A stretch of DNA of 64,000 nt from an uncultured Bacteroidota bacterium (lineage in GTDB: Bacteria; Bacteroidota; Ignavibacteria; Kryptoniales; JAKASW01), in NCBI GenBank assembly GCA_963808245.1, contig CAWEES010000002.1:1090252-1154251 (forward strand). The letters are read 5' to 3'. Made by a program: the position numbers and the translations under genes. The notes under the pieces are model-generated. The model worked only from the letters and a program-made list of their open reading frames with translations. It had not been told where the DNA came from and made no database searches. This document shows, one piece after another, positions 1 to 10,065 of this stretch (position 1 is its first letter; every line of letters begins with the position of its first letter).

Positions 1-105
1 CTCGAGTCCAAACTTTAAGTCGGAATCGACCTGGGTATCCTGCGGAAAAGCGGCGCTGGCAATCGCCAAAAGCGCCGCGAATACTAACAATAGCTTTTTT
101 AACAT
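1..105 (-). CDS. 5' end (35 codons) of a secreted protein, truncated by the window edge
   Basis: A reverse-strand ATG at 105..103 gives MLKKLLLVFAALLAIASAAFPQDTQVDSDLKFGLE. This is a typical signal peptide, and the reading frame runs off the window. Confidence 0.4.
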   Translation of the reverse strand, partial: MLKKLLLVFAALLAIASAAFPQDTQVDSDLKFGLE

Positions 106-460
106 AATTAAATATAAAGACTTACAAAAGATTGAGAAAGGGAAAGTTAAGTGGAAGTTGAAAACCGTGTTTTGACGAGGAACCACAAAAAATATTACAA
201 GCCACCAATTGCAATAATTATTTCATCCATGAGTCCAATTCGTGAAATTCTTGGCAAATTTTTCGACAAAAATGTTCCCATTCCGCCCTGGAAGATAAAC
301 TCCGGCCATGGGAACGAGAACCTACTCCCCCGCCGACGACTTAATCATGAGACAGGATTATGTTAGTAAGGGAAAGTAAGATTCCCATTTCGTACGATAG
401 TGTAACTGTTGAAGAGAACCCCGGTTTCAGTAATATGACTTCATCCGGGACCTCGACTCG

Positions 461-586
461 TTATTGGTTGAGAACTCCCTGGCTCAACTTTTCGTTTTTC
501 TTCTCCTGCTTAGCCGCCTTTTTTTCTTTCTTGGTTTTTGCAGGCTCTTTCTTTGAGTTCTTCTTACTGTTTTGACCTTTGCTCAT
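461..586 (-). CDS. small lysine-rich basic protein (41 aa), hypothetical
   Basis: Reverse-strand ATG at 586 is preceded by AGAGGA. It encodes MSKGQNSKKNSKKEPAKTKKEKKAAKQEKKNEKLSQGVLNQ and is below the ORF-track cutoff. The listed + strand ORF 360..575 looks like its antisense shadow. Confidence 0.3.
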   Translation of the reverse strand: MSKGQNSKKNSKKEPAKTKKEKKAAKQEKKNEKLSQGVLNQ

Positions 587-821
587 AAGTTTTTCCTCTT
601 TGATTTAGATTCGTTGCTTGATAAAACAGCCTTACTTATTCCTGTCGTGGTCTCTAGTATGGCCCGAAGGAATACTTCGCCTCTCACCACATCTTAAGAT
701 ACGGAGACTGATGCCCCAATAAAATCGTCCAAAGGGATTAGTTCTTCATGGTGGTGAAATGGCTGCTAAACAATCTTAATCAATAAAATAATCAGGACGA
801 GATCGTTCGATAGGCCTCCTA

Positions 822-1874
822 TCAACGGTGAGCTGCCTCTAGACCTGCCAGCTTTGAAATTGAAGGGGCAATCAGAAGTGCGACAAATGGGACAGCTTCA
901 TAAAACTGTCGAAGCTCGTCCACATAGCCAAAGAATATTGAAAAAAGAAACAGTGGGATAAAAACCGCGAAGAAACCCCATCGAAGGAATTCATCTTTGG
1001 ACCTCCAGTCATATGAAATGAGTGCTGCAAATAATAAACCAACTAATAAAGCAAAGCCGGACTGAATCGGTGAAGCAAAAAGCCTCAGGTTATGGTCGAA
1101 AAGATGAGACTCGAGAAAGGATCCCGGGTTCGCACGAAATATCCACCCAATCAATATTCTGAGGGAGAGCCATATTACGCCCATGACCGTTGAAACGATC
1201 ATCATTTTCGTGATAGGCATGTTCCGGGCTTGACGGACGATAAACACAAGAATTAGAAGAACTGAAGTTTCTTTGTGAACTACCAATATGGGAAAGAAAG
1301 CGAGCATTGGAATCAGGCGTTCTTCAACAACCAATAACACTCCAAATGAGAAAAGGAAAACTGTACCAGGGTCATAGACATAATGGTAATAGACAAAGAA
1401 AAGCGGGAGTATCAACGTACCCACGATGGCTGCAATATGCTGCTCAAAAGGTTTGCTCGGATAAAAATGTTTTGCCAACCGCCGTAAGACAAGCGAGAAA
1501 CCAAGAAAAAAGAAGAAGCTCAGGGCAAGAGCGATTGAATACTCAAACACTCTATCCGATCTTAAATAAGGGATAAACCAGGATCTCGTTTGAAGAAACG
1601 ATATAATATGGTTTTTCAAAGACTCCGGCAACATGTCCCTGATTAACCTTATAGTCGAAGGGACGAGAGTCCGAAGAACGAATGGACGGTTAGCCGTCCC
1701 GTCGATCATCTTCCCAAAGTCTGCAGGTCCTCCCCTTAACGCAAGTGAATCTTGACCAACAAACACTCGAAAGACCAAGAAGGAAACCAAGACATGCTGG
1801 AATATAATTGACATCGGTTTGAGCACATATGATAGGTATTGATCGCGTAATGATTTCAAGTGAGGGTTTGTCAT
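822..1874 (-). CDS. polytopic integral membrane protein, function unknown
   Basis: 350-aa ORF with about 9-10 hydrophobic segments. I recognise no catalytic motif. Confidence 0.6.
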   Translation of the reverse strand: MTNPHLKSLRDQYLSYVLKPMSIIFQHVLVSFLVFRVFVGQDSLALRGGPADFGKMIDGTANRPFVLRTLVPSTIRLIRDMLPESLKNHIISFLQTRSWFIPYLRSDRVFEYSIALALSFFFFLGFSLVLRRLAKHFYPSKPFEQHIAAIVGTLILPLFFVYYHYVYDPGTVFLFSFGVLLVVEERLIPMLAFFPILVVHKETSVLLILVFIVRQARNMPITKMMIVSTVMGVIWLSLRILIGWIFRANPGSFLESHLFDHNLRLFASPIQSGFALLVGLLFAALISYDWRSKDEFLRWGFFAVFIPLFLFSIFFGYVDELRQFYEAVPFVALLIAPSISKLAGLEAAHR

Positions 1875-2104
1875 TTTTGTTTTCCGATTACAAGATGGTC
1901 TTCCGGTTGTTAATGGGAAGCAATCAGAAACATATAATTCTGGTTTCTTTAAATGGTAACGATCTCTCGTCTCGGTTCTTCTTTGTCATTATCGATAATT
2001 CCCTACATCATCAGTGTGCAATAGTCCCCTCACATTCGATCCAACAGGCGCTCGCCTTACCGGCAATAAAAATATCGCCCTAAAGTAAATACATCAGCGC
2101 TCCT

Positions 2105-2812
2105 TTACATTTCCCTCTCAGCGAGCCGCTTCTTCAATTGCGAGATGTGCCATGTTATATTTATGTCCTTCGGACACGCTTCGACGCAATTGAAGATCGT
2201 GTGGCATCTCCAAATACCGTCTGGCGTGTCGATCACGTCGAGCCGCTCGTCGGCAGCCTCGTCACGCGTGTCGAACACGAACCTGTAAGCCTTCAGCAAT
2301 GCCGCAGGACCGATATAATTTTCATCCGACCATGACGAGGGACACGAAGTCGTGCAACAAGCGCAAAGGATACATTTAGCAGATTCAAAGAGCTTTTCAG
2401 CGTCTTTGTTACTTTGAAGCATTTCATGTTCCGGTGGAGATGTCTTCGTAATCAAATAAGGCTTAACCGCCTCGTATTTCTTGTAGAAATCCGACATATC
2501 GACAACGAGGTCTTTAATAATGGGGAGTGACGGAACCGGCTCAATTACGATCGGCTTCGAGTAATTCACGTCCCTCAATAAAGTGGAACACGCGAGCCTG
2601 TTCCTTCCGTTGATCCTGATTGCATCAGATCCGCAGACACCGTGCGCGCATGACCGCCGAAAAGTAAGTGTGCCATCATATTTCCATTTCGCCTGGTGAA
2701 GAAGATCGAGAATCCTCTCCTTGTCATCTCCAGCTTCAAGAGTAAATTGCTGGTAATAAGGCTCGGAATCTCTTTCCGGATTGTAACGCTGTATTTGTAA
2801 GGTGACCTTCAT
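2105..2812 (-). CDS. sdhB: succinate dehydrogenase / fumarate reductase iron-sulfur subunit
   Basis: Three Cys clusters: CAHGVCGSDA (2Fe-2S), CILCACCTTSCP (4Fe-4S) and CHTIFNCVEACP (3Fe-4S). It lies directly downstream of sdhA. Confidence 0.95.
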   Translation of the reverse strand: MKVTLQIQRYNPERDSEPYYQQFTLEAGDDKERILDLLHQAKWKYDGTLTFRRSCAHGVCGSDAIRINGRNRLACSTLLRDVNYSKPIVIEPVPSLPIIKDLVVDMSDFYKKYEAVKPYLITKTSPPEHEMLQSNKDAEKLFESAKCILCACCTTSCPSSWSDENYIGPAALLKAYRFVFDTRDEAADERLDVIDTPDGIWRCHTIFNCVEACPKDINITWHISQLKKRLAEREM

Positions 2813-2828
2813 ATTTCCCGACTTCCTT

Positions 2829-4610
2829 TCAGTACTTTCGTTCTTTCGGCTGGAAACGAGTGATAGATACCGGCTTGAAATCGATTTTAGGCGCCGACGC
2901 TTTTCCCGAGGCAGATCCGCTCGATTTGTATATTAGGCTATGCTTCAGCCATTTCTTGTCGTCTCTTGTCGGGTAATCTTCCCGCGAATGAGCGCCTCTC
3001 GATTCCTGTCTTGCCAGCGCGCCGTAAATAATCGGCTCGGCGGTCCCGATCAGGTTTCCGAGCTCTATCGCTTCCATCAGGTCCGTATTAAAGATTTTTC
3101 CTTTGTCGTCGATCGATATTTCCTTGTAGCGCTCACGCAGGCTGCCGATCTCCGTCGCCATGTCTTTCAGCTCTTTTTCGTTTCTGAAAATTCCGACTTT
3201 CTCCATCATTTTTTCCTGAAGCTCATTCCTGAGCACCCCGACTCTTTCTCTTCCTTTGGAATTCATAATCCTGTCGATCTCAGCGATCGTTTTATCCGCC
3301 GCATCTTCCGGAAAAGGAACGAAGTCCGCGTTCTTAATAAACTCCGCGATCGCTTTTCCTCCCCTTCGTCCGAACACGATCAGATCGAGAAGCGAATTTG
3401 TGCCGAGACGGTTTGCGCCATGGACTGAAACGCAAGCCGTCTCACCTGCAGCGTAAAGCCCGGGGACTATTGTATTTTTCTTGTCTCTTGTAACTTCAGC
3501 ATCGACAGTCGTCGGTATTCCGCCCATGGCATAATGGCAGGTGGGCTGGATCGGGATCGGTTCCTTGGTCGGTTCGACGCCAAGATACGTCCTTGCGAAG
3601 CCGGTAATCTCGGGGATCTTATCATCAATGACTTCTTTCGGAAGATGAGAGACATCGAGGTGGACGTAATATGTTCCGTCGCTTCCTTTGAATCCGCGGC
3701 CTTCCCGGATTTCGGTAAGGATCGCCCGCGATACCATATCTCTCGGCGCAAGGTCCTTCACGGTCGGAGCATACCGTTCCATGAAGCGTTCGCCCTTATT
3801 GTTCAGCAATATACCGCCTTCTCCGCGGGCAGCTTCGGAAATGAGTATGCCGAGTTTCCATAAGCCTGTCGGATGGAACTGGACAAATTCCATGTCCTCG
3901 AGGGGAAGTCCGTTATTATAGACAAATGCAAAGCCGTCACCGGTTCCGACGTGCGCATTTGACGTGATCCGATAAACTCTTCCATAACCGCCCGTCGCAA
4001 GCATGACAGCTTTCGCATGGAAGACATGAATTTCACTTGTCGCAATGTCCATCGCGACAACTCCGACGCAATTTTTCCCATTCATTACTAAATCAGTCAC
4101 GAAAAACTCGGAGAAGAAATTGACTTTCTGTTTAAGACAATTTTCGTAAAGTGTGTGTAGCATTACATGGCCCGTTCTATCGGCTGAATAACACGATCTC
4201 TTTACTGCGACACGCTTAGAATCGGGATCGGATGGATTTTCAGGTCTGGTATGTCCACCGAACCTGCGCTGCGCGATTTTCCCTTCAGGTGTTCTTGAAA
4301 ATGGGACGCCCATATGTTCCAATTCTATTATTGCACGGATTGCATCCTTGGTCATAATTTCAATGGCATCCTGGTCGCCGAGATAATCGCTCCCCTTCAC
4401 CGTGTCGAACATGTGCCATTCCCAGCTGTCCTCTTCTTCGTTTCCAAGCGCCGCACCGATTCCACCCTGTGCAGCCCCGGTGTGCGAGCGAGTCGGGAAT
4501 ACTTTAGATATTACGGCACAACTGAATCCCTCCGGAATTTCGACCGCGGCACGAAGACCGGCACCGCCGGCACCGACAATTATTACATCAAACTGATGCT
4601 TTATCATCAT
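2829..4610 (-). CDS. sdhA: succinate dehydrogenase flavoprotein subunit
   Basis: FAD fold DVIIVGAGGAGLRAA, covalent-FAD motif RSHTGAAQGG, plus HPTG and RGEGG motifs; 593 aa. Confidence 0.95.
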   Translation of the reverse strand: MMIKHQFDVIIVGAGGAGLRAAVEIPEGFSCAVISKVFPTRSHTGAAQGGIGAALGNEEEDSWEWHMFDTVKGSDYLGDQDAIEIMTKDAIRAIIELEHMGVPFSRTPEGKIAQRRFGGHTRPENPSDPDSKRVAVKRSCYSADRTGHVMLHTLYENCLKQKVNFFSEFFVTDLVMNGKNCVGVVAMDIATSEIHVFHAKAVMLATGGYGRVYRITSNAHVGTGDGFAFVYNNGLPLEDMEFVQFHPTGLWKLGILISEAARGEGGILLNNKGERFMERYAPTVKDLAPRDMVSRAILTEIREGRGFKGSDGTYYVHLDVSHLPKEVIDDKIPEITGFARTYLGVEPTKEPIPIQPTCHYAMGGIPTTVDAEVTRDKKNTIVPGLYAAGETACVSVHGANRLGTNSLLDLIVFGRRGGKAIAEFIKNADFVPFPEDAADKTIAEIDRIMNSKGRERVGVLRNELQEKMMEKVGIFRNEKELKDMATEIGSLRERYKEISIDDKGKIFNTDLMEAIELGNLIGTAEPIIYGALARQESRGAHSREDYPTRDDKKWLKHSLIYKSSGSASGKASAPKIDFKPVSITRFQPKERKY

Positions 4611-4625
4611 GTATCCCTTTTCGTT

Positions 4626-4976
4626 TTAAAAAGATAAAATCGTGTTGACACCGAGAACCCAGAATGCGATTCCCGAGAGGATGATCACGCCGTAAATTGT
4701 CAAACTTACCGCAGGCTTCATCTCGTAATCGCGGAAGATTCCCCACGTCCCGTTCAGGCCGTGCCACAATCCGACGGTTATAAAAGTAAGATCAAACATT
4801 TTCCACAACGGATGATGCATCCTTTCCAATACCGCGGCATAGGTATGACCGCTCGCGGGATCGGAGTGCATGACGAAATAATGGCCGATCACCACGACGA
4901 CTAAAAGGATTCCTGTGATCCTTTGAAGCACCCATCCCGGTGCGCCGCTTCCTCTTGAACCTGTATGCTTGTACAT
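4626..4976 (-). CDS. sdhD: succinate dehydrogenase hydrophobic membrane anchor subunit
   Basis: 116 aa with 3 TM segments. It sits between sdhC and sdhA in the canonical sdhCDAB order. Confidence 0.8.
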   Translation of the reverse strand: MYKHTGSRGSGAPGWVLQRITGILLVVVVIGHYFVMHSDPASGHTYAAVLERMHHPLWKMFDLTFITVGLWHGLNGTWGIFRDYEMKPAVSLTIYGVIILSGIAFWVLGVNTILSF

Positions 4977-5016
4977 TTCTTACCTCACATCGATGATGCG
5001 AAAATATTATTATAGA

Positions 5017-5400
5017 CTACCTGAACATCAGGTAACCCATCCCGAAAAACAGGACGATACCGAGACTATAAACAACCGTTAAAATCTTCTTGTGGTATCT
5101 GGCTCCATTGGCCCAATCCACCAAAACGATCCTGACTCCATTGAACGCATGGAAAATAACGAGCGAGAACAGAAGCCACTCCAGGATTTTAAAAACCGGG
5201 GTCGTAAACAGCTTCATCTCGTCATCGAACGCTTTCTCTCCCTGTGTGAGAGAAGTGAGCGCATAAATGTGAACATATATGTATGCTGTCAGCCCGAGTC
5301 CCGTAACCCGGTGAAGAATCCACGCCCAGCTTCCGCCGTGCTTGTAATACTTGAGATTTGTCTTGATCCATCCCTCGGATGGTTTGGGTTGGTACGCCAT
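5017..5400 (-). CDS. sdhC: succinate dehydrogenase cytochrome b subunit
   Basis: 127 aa, 3 TM segments with conserved His residues; first gene of the sdhCDAB unit. Confidence 0.85.
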   Translation of the reverse strand: MAYQPKPSEGWIKTNLKYYKHGGSWAWILHRVTGLGLTAYIYVHIYALTSLTQGEKAFDDEMKLFTTPVFKILEWLLFSLVIFHAFNGVRIVLVDWANGARYHKKILTVVYSLGIVLFFGMGYLMFR

Positions 5401-5516
5401 CGTTATCTCCTTAGAAAATTCAACTTTGAAAAGTTAATTAAGTTGCTCGTTTTTTCCAACGAAACTAATCGGATTGCAAAGAAAGTGTAAATGTCCTTCA
5501 AGCTAATCCCGATAAT

Positions 5517-5540
5517 ATCCCGTTAATGGGGATTTTTTTT
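5517..5540 (+). terminator. terminator-like hairpin plus T8 in the sdhC/sucA divergent intergenic region
   Basis: ATCCC-gttaat(g)-GGGAT is followed by TTTTTTTT (5533..5540), about 50 nt upstream of the sucA start. The stem is weak at 5 bp. Confidence 0.3.
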
Positions 5541-5591
5541 CGACATAAGAACGTTTGGTGTATAGGTAATTTACTTTTTATATAGATAAAA

Positions 5592-8471
5592 ATGGGAAAT
5601 ATGAATTCATTAAAGGAGTTCTACGGACCTAACGCAGGGTATGTCCTAGAACTATACGATAGATTTCTTCACGATCCGGCGTCTGTGGATGTTCAAACTA
5701 GAAGACTATTTGAAAGTTTTCCGCCAAAAAGAGAAGAACGTCCTGAAGTAGAATCAGAAAGAATCGAACCTGGTCAGCCTTCGGCGACTGTGGTGTCGGA
5801 CAACTGGAAAATTGCGGTGGTCAGGCTCGCGCAGAGCATCAGACAATTCGGCCATCTAGCTGCCCGGCTCGATCCGCTTGGACTTCTCTCCTCGGAAGGA
5901 GCTTCCCAACAGAATGTTATGAAGCGCGATTTGGTAACTCAATATGGATTGGACGACGAAACTTTACGAAGACTCCCCTCAGATTTGATCGGGGATTCAA
6001 TCGCTTCAAGGACCAAAAATGCTTTCGAGGCAATCGAAGCCCTGACAAAAATTTATACCTCTACCATCGGTTTCGATTTCGAACATGTTCACGCGGCAGA
6101 AGAGAGAACGTGGCTGCGTGATTCAATCGAAGGGCAACTCTTCGCGTCGCCTTCGATGCCGATTGATGAACATGCATTGCTGGAGAAACTGACGGAGACC
6201 GAAGTGTTCGAGCAGTTCCTGCAAAGATCATTTCCCGGCAAATTCAGATTTTCGGTTGAGGGTGTCGACATGCTGGTTCCCATGCTCACCGAGATAGTCG
6301 CGTTGGCAAAAGACTCCGGCATTAGATCGGTGATCATCGGCATGGCACACCGCGGAAGATTGAATGTACTTTCTCATGTACTTCAGGTTCCTTATCCCGC
6401 CATCTTCGCGGAATTCAAAGACCCTGCCCGCCACCGGAACTCCCGCGCAGACCTGGATTGGACTGGAGATGTGAAATATCACCGGGGCGCATTTCGAATA
6501 CAGAAGTCGCCGCAAGAGATGCAGATTTTTCTGGCACCAAACCCGAGTCACCTCGAAGCTATCGATCCCGTTGTCGAAGGAATGGCACGCGCTGCAGGAA
6601 CGGATTCCCAACAACGGGGTAAACCGGATTTCAACCCTGAAGTAACTCTTCCGATTCTTATTCACGGCGACGCATCGTTCCCGGGACAAGGAATCGTTGC
6701 AGAAACTCTGAACCTCTCGCGGTTAGATGGCTACTCAACCGGCGGCACAGTTCATATAATCACAAACAATCAGCTTGGCTACACTGCCACTCCGGATGAA
6801 ACGCGTAGTACCCGATATGCAAGCGATCTTGCCAAAGGATTCGAAATACCAATCATACATGTTAATGCGGACGATCCTGAAGCCTGTATCGAATCAATAA
6901 GGATTGCGTCGGCCTACCGTGAAAAATTCCACAAGGATTTCCTGGTCGATCTTATCGGTTACCGTCGCCATGGACACAACGAAAGCGATGAACCGACATT
7001 TTCCCAGCCGCTGATGTACGAACGAATTCAAAATATGCCGACAGTCAGACGAAAGTTTGCCGATACACTTTCAGAGAGAAAACTTATTACTGCCGGTGAG
7101 GCTGACCTGATGGTCAAGAATGAGTTTGACAAACTGCAGACAGCCCTTTCTTCCCTCGAACCCGATAAGGCACTGATCGAGCCGCGTCCGTCTGTTCCGC
7201 CGTCAGGTGCAGCACGAATGACGAAGACTCATGTCGATCTAAACAAACTGAAGAAACTCAACGAGGCTCTCCTTTCATTCCCGAAAGAATTTGCGATTCA
7301 TCCGAAACTCGAACGAGTTGTGGAAAAGCGCAAACATGTTTTCGATAATACCGATGCCCCATCCGTGGACTGGGCAACAGCCGAAATCCTTGCGCTCTCT
7401 TCAATCCTTGAAGAAGGAATACCGATCAGGTTCACAGGCCAGGACTCCGACAGAGGAACGTTCAGCCACAGGCACGTTACGTTCCATGATATTAAAACGG
7501 GGAGAAAGTTTTCTCCACTTCAATCTCTCGATATGGCAAACGTTTCGTTCGAAATTTACAACAGCCCGCTGACGGAGACGGCGGCGATCGGATTTGAATA
7601 TGGATATAATGTCCAGGAGCCCGGAAGATTAGTAATCTGGGAAGCGCAGTATGGAGACTTCATAAATAATGCTCAAGTTATGGTCGACGAGTTCATAACT
7701 TCCGCTCGCGCGAAATGGGGACAAACTCCATCCCTGGTTTTGCTTCTCCCCCACGCTTATGAAGGACAGGGACCTGATCATTCAAGCGGACGGCTCGAAC
7801 GTTTTCTGGATCTCGCTGCCGAAACAAATATCCGGATAGCAAATTGCACCACAGCAGCCCAGTACTTTCATCTTCTACGAAGACAGGCGTTGCTTCTCAA
7901 AACCGACCCGCTCCCATTGGTCGTGATGACACCTAAAGGTTTGTTACGCCACCCGCGGACCGCGTCGACTCCGCGTGAATTGTTCGCAGGAAAATGGGAA
8001 CCGATAATCGATGATCCGAAACCGCTTCACGAAAGCGCGCAAAGACTGATCCTGTGCAGCGGTAAGATTTTTGTCGACCTGATCGACAGCAAGTTCAGGC
8101 AGCAAAACGAAGAGACCGCGATAATACGGATTGAGCAATTGTACCCATTTCCAGCAAACGAGTTGAAGGCTCTTGTGAAAAGTTACGTGCAGGCAAAGGA
8201 GTTAGTCTGGGTGCAGGAAGAGCCTCAGAATATGGGAGCCTGGAATTTTTCAATGCCTCTCCTGAAAGAATTATTCGGTCAAGTGGATTCCCCGGGAAAA
8301 AGCAGGATGTCCGTCAGGTTCATCGGGAGAACCTCAAACGCAAGCCCGTCCGAAGGATCGACCGCGCTCCACATCGTGCACCAAAGCCAGGTTATCGAGA
8401 ATGCTTTCAAGATTGAGTATCCCAATAAACATTTGGAACCGCAAATTGCGGCGTCCGTATTAAATACTTAA
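5592..8471 (+). CDS. sucA: 2-oxoglutarate dehydrogenase E1 component
   Basis: 959 aa with hallmark motifs GMAHRGRLNVL, HGDASFPGQG, GYRRHGHNESDEP and QEEPQNMGAW. It is followed by the E2 gene. Confidence 0.95.
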   Translation: MGNMNSLKEFYGPNAGYVLELYDRFLHDPASVDVQTRRLFESFPPKREERPEVESERIEPGQPSATVVSDNWKIAVVRLAQSIRQFGHLAARLDPLGLLSSEGASQQNVMKRDLVTQYGLDDETLRRLPSDLIGDSIASRTKNAFEAIEALTKIYTSTIGFDFEHVHAAEERTWLRDSIEGQLFASPSMPIDEHALLEKLTETEVFEQFLQRSFPGKFRFSVEGVDMLVPMLTEIVALAKDSGIRSVIIGMAHRGRLNVLSHVLQVPYPAIFAEFKDPARHRNSRADLDWTGDVKYHRGAFRIQKSPQEMQIFLAPNPSHLEAIDPVVEGMARAAGTDSQQRGKPDFNPEVTLPILIHGDASFPGQGIVAETLNLSRLDGYSTGGTVHIITNNQLGYTATPDETRSTRYASDLAKGFEIPIIHVNADDPEACIESIRIASAYREKFHKDFLVDLIGYRRHGHNESDEPTFSQPLMYERIQNMPTVRRKFADTLSERKLITAGEADLMVKNEFDKLQTALSSLEPDKALIEPRPSVPPSGAARMTKTHVDLNKLKKLNEALLSFPKEFAIHPKLERVVEKRKHVFDNTDAPSVDWATAEILALSSILEEGIPIRFTGQDSDRGTFSHRHVTFHDIKTGRKFSPLQSLDMANVSFEIYNSPLTETAAIGFEYGYNVQEPGRLVIWEAQYGDFINNAQVMVDEFITSARAKWGQTPSLVLLLPHAYEGQGPDHSSGRLERFLDLAAETNIRIANCTTAAQYFHLLRRQALLLKTDPLPLVVMTPKGLLRHPRTASTPRELFAGKWEPIIDDPKPLHESAQRLILCSGKIFVDLIDSKFRQQNEETAIIRIEQLYPFPANELKALVKSYVQAKELVWVQEEPQNMGAWNFSMPLLKELFGQVDSPGKSRMSVRFIGRTSNASPSEGSTALHIVHQSQVIENAFKIEYPNKHLEPQIAASVLNT

Positions 8472-8477
8472 AGGTTA

Positions 8478-9742
8478 ATGAAAATGAATATTGTAGTTCC
8501 ATCACTCGGTGAATCAGTAGTCGAAGCCCGCATCGCCCATTGGCTAAAGAAAGAAGGAGATATGGTCGAGCTCGGAGATGCCCTCGTGGAATTGGAAACC
8601 GAGAAGGTCAACGTCGATGTCACGGCAGAAACCGCCGGCATTCTCACCAGGATTAAGACGCACGAAGAGGATACAGTTCACATCGGAGATGTAATTGGTG
8701 AAATTGATGGAGATCGAGCGAAAAGTGAAAAGCAATTAACGAAGGAGAAGACAAGCCGGCTGGTGGAAGATAGGAATCAGATGCAAGACGTAAGAGGACA
8801 GAATCCGGAAATGAAAGGATTAGAAAAAGTTACACCGGTTGCGAAGCGGGTCGCCGAAGAAACGGGTTTAAAATTATCCGAAGTGGTCGGGAGCGGAACC
8901 GGCGGGAGGGTAATGAAACATGATGTCGAGACATTTATACAATCGCACGAACAAGGGACAAAGAAAGGAAACGGAAGGCAAAGCGAATCCGCTGCAAAGA
9001 CACCAATATCTTCAGCCCCGCCCGCGACAACAAGCGAAGAAAGAAAACCTTTGGAAGAACGGGTAAAGATGTCGCTACGCCGAAAGACGATAGCCCGGCG
9101 GATGGTTGAAGCCCAACAGACCGCGGCGATGCTAACGACGTTTAATGAGATCGATATGAGCCGGGTAATGGAGCTGAGAAAAAAAATGAGGACCGGTTCA
9201 AAGAAAAATACGGCGTGGGGCTCGGTATCGTTTCGTTCTTCGTAAAGGCATCGATAGCCGCGTTGAAAGAATTCCCACGGTTGAACGCGGAGTTAGACGG
9301 CGATGAAATCGTCTTCAAACACTATTACGATATCGGAGTTGCTATCGGCGCGGAAGAAGGGCTGGTCGTCCCCGTCCTGAGAAATGCCGACAGGATGTCC
9401 TTTGCGGAAATAGAGACGGAGATTAAAACCTTCGTTGAGAAATCTCAAAGTGGTACGCTCACTCTTGAAGATTTACGCGGCGGCACTTTCACGATAACGA
9501 ACGGCGGAGTCTTCGGGTCACTTATGAGCACGCCGATTCTCAACCCACCGCAAGTAGGGATTCTCGGACTCCACAAAATCGCTGACAGGCCAATCGTAGA
9601 AAACGGACAGGTTGTCGTCAGACCGATGATGTATGTCGCGTTGACTTACGATCACCGCATAGTCGACGGACGTGAGTCGGTGCAGTTCTTAGTCAAAGTG
9701 AAGGGATTGGTTGAAGACCCAGCGGCTATGGTGCTGGAATAA
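8478..9742 (+). pseudogene. sucB: dihydrolipoyllysine-residue succinyltransferase (2-oxoglutarate dehydrogenase E2), reading frame broken by a 1-nt frameshift in an A8 run
   Basis: ORF 8478..9245 carries the lipoyl domain (ELETEKV), the PSBD (VTPVAKRVAEETGL) and the start of the catalytic domain, ending ...MELRKK. The frame of ORF 9215..9742 read back to 9179 gives KKNEDRFKEKYGVGLGIVSFFVKA...DHRIVDG, which is the rest of the catalytic domain. The frames switch at AAAAAAAA 9179..9186. Confidence 0.9.
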
Positions 9743-10065
9743 AAGTCATTCCATTTTTTTCTTTTTGTTCCACTGTTTTAAGAACACAGCAAGGATAAGT
9801 TTCCCTTTTCTCTCGAGGTTTATTGTTTAGATCTCCACCTCTGATCTTTAAATTTTCTATCGATTCTTCAAGGTCATTCCTTTTTTCATAACATTCAGAA
9901 CATGATTATATCGAAGTACGTAATGCAGTCAAGTAATTATAAAATGGAACTGGAATCATAAGGAACCCAATTACATCACAAATTGAGTCTATCAAAATTT
10001 TTATATAGATTAGTCCCGTCCAAAATCGATGACTTTTTCGTCAACTAAATAAGGAAAATACCGAT

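Noticed and set aside
151-575. ORFs 151..366 (+) and 360..575 (+)
   Set aside because: They lack an RBS and have odd composition. The poly-F/L tail of 360..575 is the antisense image of a Lys-rich minus-strand micro-ORF. I found no recognisable motifs.
9179-9186. Claiming programmed -1 ribosomal frameshifting in sucB as the primary explanation
   Set aside because: The heptamer fits the slippery motif, but I see no obvious downstream stimulatory structure. Homopolymer length error is far more common, so this stays an alternative in the finding.
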